From contig NC_068994.1 in NCBI RefSeq assembly GCF_001194135.2, positions 16,906,947-16,970,946 of the forward strand: a stretch of 64,000 bases of DNA, written 5' to 3'. The notes below the pieces were generated by a model that was not told the DNA's origin, did not search any database, and was given only the letters and a program-made list of their open reading frames with translations. The stretch comes from Octopus bimaculoides. Its lineage: Eukaryota. Of the stretch, positions 61,595 through 64,000 are shown in pieces. Position numbers and translations under genes: made by a program. The stretch's first letter is position 1, and each line of letters starts with the position of its first letter.

Positions 61595-63734
61595 AGACAG
61601 ACAGACAGACAGACAGAGAAAGAGGGGGGAGAAGGAATAAGCAAGAGAACCTCTCTAGTGCTAGTGCAGCAAAGGGTGGCAAAGCAAGAGGGGTAGAGGG
61701 GTAACAAGTTAAATTCATACACGTCGAAAGCAGGTCAAGTTCTGTGGTTTGTGTTTAAACAGGGAGACCATCCAAAGGAGTTGCAGGAGATTCTGAAGTC
61801 ATCTGGAGGTCATGGTTGAAGTCAATAGTAATTTGACCTCTAGCATGTTTGTTTACATACATGCTTCAATGAACTCAAATGAAACATAAAGCCCCTCCTT
61901 AATTTCCTGCACGAAATATGGCCAATTTAGTGTAGATGTTATCTTCCAAACTTGAATAAAACTAATGACCTCTATCCATTCTCCTTGCTCCAGTTTTCTT
62001 TTCACCACCATTTTTTAAAACATTCAACTTGTTATTCTCCTGTTATTTCTCTCTCACACTTTTTGTTTTCCTCTACAATTCTCTATTCCTGCTCATCCCA
62101 TTAAACAATTCATAAAACTGTTTCATTACATGTCACAAAATAGACAATTACACCACAACAACATTGCCACTACTGAGCTTTACTCACAAGCTGACCCCAA
62201 AAATATATGAAAGGCTTGGAGATGCAAATGCATGCACGCACACGCACACACACACACACAGAGGCTTCCTTCAGTTTCTGTCAATCAAATCCACTCACAA
62301 GGCTTAGGTTGGCCCAGGACTATAGTAGGAAATGCTCACCTAAGAGGCCTCACAGTGGGACTGAACCTGAAATCATGTGGATGGGAGGCAAGCTTCTTAA
62401 CCACACATCTGCATCTACTGTAACTCAAATCGTGTCAATAAGCTGCATTGTTAGCTTGCTGTGCTGAGTTCAACTCTTCTAAGTATGAAATCTGTCAGCC
62501 CTTATGTCCCAGATACACTACACTAGGACTCATTCATTGGTACCCTAACAATCCATTATCTAAAGCTGATATTCACATTATTCATTTTGAAGAATTTCGG
62601 GAATCTGTTGGTTGTTGTTGCTGTTATAGTAGTTATTGTTGTTTAACCCTAACCAAACCATCTTGTAATGAAAGACACTCCAGATGTGACCATCTTATCA
62701 TTTTTTCATGCGTAATGTAGCTATGAAGTATTATCTGTAACCTTATCACGTATCATAGTCATATAGTATTACCTATTTTCTTATTATATAGTATAGTCAT
62801 GCAGTATAGCCATATCCAACACGTCCTTCCCAGTTTTAAGATAGTTGAGTGTAATTTGAGAGAGATTTGGTTGTTATTTCTTGCAGGTTGAATGTCTGTA
62901 TAGGTTCCATATTGGTGAAAGATTTCTTAGGAAAAGAAAGCCTTATCATTATTTACATTCACAAGAGATATCATTGGAGCATCAGACAAAATACCTTGCA
63001 ATATTTGTTCTGGCTGAGGCAGTGAGTGAGCAAGCAGAATTTTAAGCATGCTGGATAAAATACTTAGTGGCATTTTATCAGTCTATATGTTCTGAGTTCA
63101 AATTCCACTGAGGTCGACTTTACTTTTTGTTCTTTTGGAGTTAATAAAATAAGTACCAGTTGAGCACTAGGACTGATTTAGTCAACCTATCCCTCCCCTT
63201 AAATTGCTGGCCTTGTGCCAAAATTTGAAGCCAATATTTGTTCTGGCTCTTTACTGTCTGAGTTCAAATTCCACAGAGGTCAACTTTGCTTTTTCACCTT
63301 CTGTGGTTGATAAGATATAAAATACTAGTTAACTACTGTGGTTGATTTAATCAAATATTATTTTCTTCCCAAATTTTTGACAGTTATTATTTACATTGAC
63401 GTCTACAAAATCCACTCACAAGGCTTTGGTCAGCCCAAGGATATAGTAGAAGACACTTGCTCAAGGTGCCACACAATGGGACCGAACCCAGAACCATGTG
63501 ATTAGGAAGCAAGCTTCTTACCACACAGTCACCCCTATGCCTTATATTCTGAGTTCAAATTCCACCAAGGTCGACTTTGCCTTTCATCCTTTTGGGTTTG
63601 ATAAAGTAAATACCAGTTGAACACTGGGGTCAATGTAATTAATTATCCACCTTCCCCAAATTTTAGGCCTTGCGCCTATAATATAAAGGATTATTTACAT
63701 TCATGATGCATATGGAATTCAACTAGGGAACAGT

Positions 63735-64000
63735 ATCATCATCATCATCATCATCATCATCATCTTGTTGCTTGCTTGCTTGCTTCATGCTCTTGCTTGA
63801 TGGGGCTGAGGTGATCCCAGGTTAGTGGTCTCAGAGATGTCATCATGCATAGAGCCAACAAGGTCCAATGCTCTCCATTGCTGGTGGTCCTGTGCCAGCT
63901 CCTCTGCATCCTCCAGGGTGACATCAAGCCTCTGGAGATCTTCCTCAATCGTGTCCAGCAATCTGGTGCAGAGCCTGCCATGAAGCCTCTTTCAGCTCAC
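63735..64000 (-). mobile_element. LINE (RTE-like) 3' end with (GAT)n tail, cut by the window edge
   Basis: LLDTIEEDLQRLDVTLEDAEELAQDHQQWR on the minus strand, followed by a short UTR and GAT repeats. Confidence 0.75.

Noticed and set aside
1-64000. CRISPR arrays, operons or other prokaryotic systems
   Set aside because: The window is a spliced eukaryotic locus; the tandem repeats lack unique spacers.

Overview
This is eukaryotic, AT-rich, microsatellite- and transposon-dense genomic DNA with about 11 N gaps. The repeat families resemble those I recall from coleoid cephalopods (Octopus); that assignment is from memory, not from a database search. The window holds the middle of one large + strand gene, CFAP43 (WDR96, cilia/flagella axonemal WD40 and coiled-coil protein). 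I traced 19 phase-compatible GT-AG exons between about 5066 and 52416, plus one tentative micro-exon, about 770 codons in total. Neither the start nor the stop codon was found. The introns are filled with decayed RTE-clade LINEs, Penelope-like elements (PLE), several Tc1/mariner lineages, piggyBac- and mariner-derived MITEs, several SINE families, and micro/minisatellites. The most interesting signal is a set of hammerhead-ribozyme-like motifs at five loci. Three loci carry a UUGAnAA core (compensatory U3-A8 in place of C3-G8). Several motifs occur as oppositely oriented pairs, two of them inside full palindromes. One canonical hammerhead lies in the sense strand of the CFAP43 pre-mRNA. All ribozyme calls were folded by eye and are untested.
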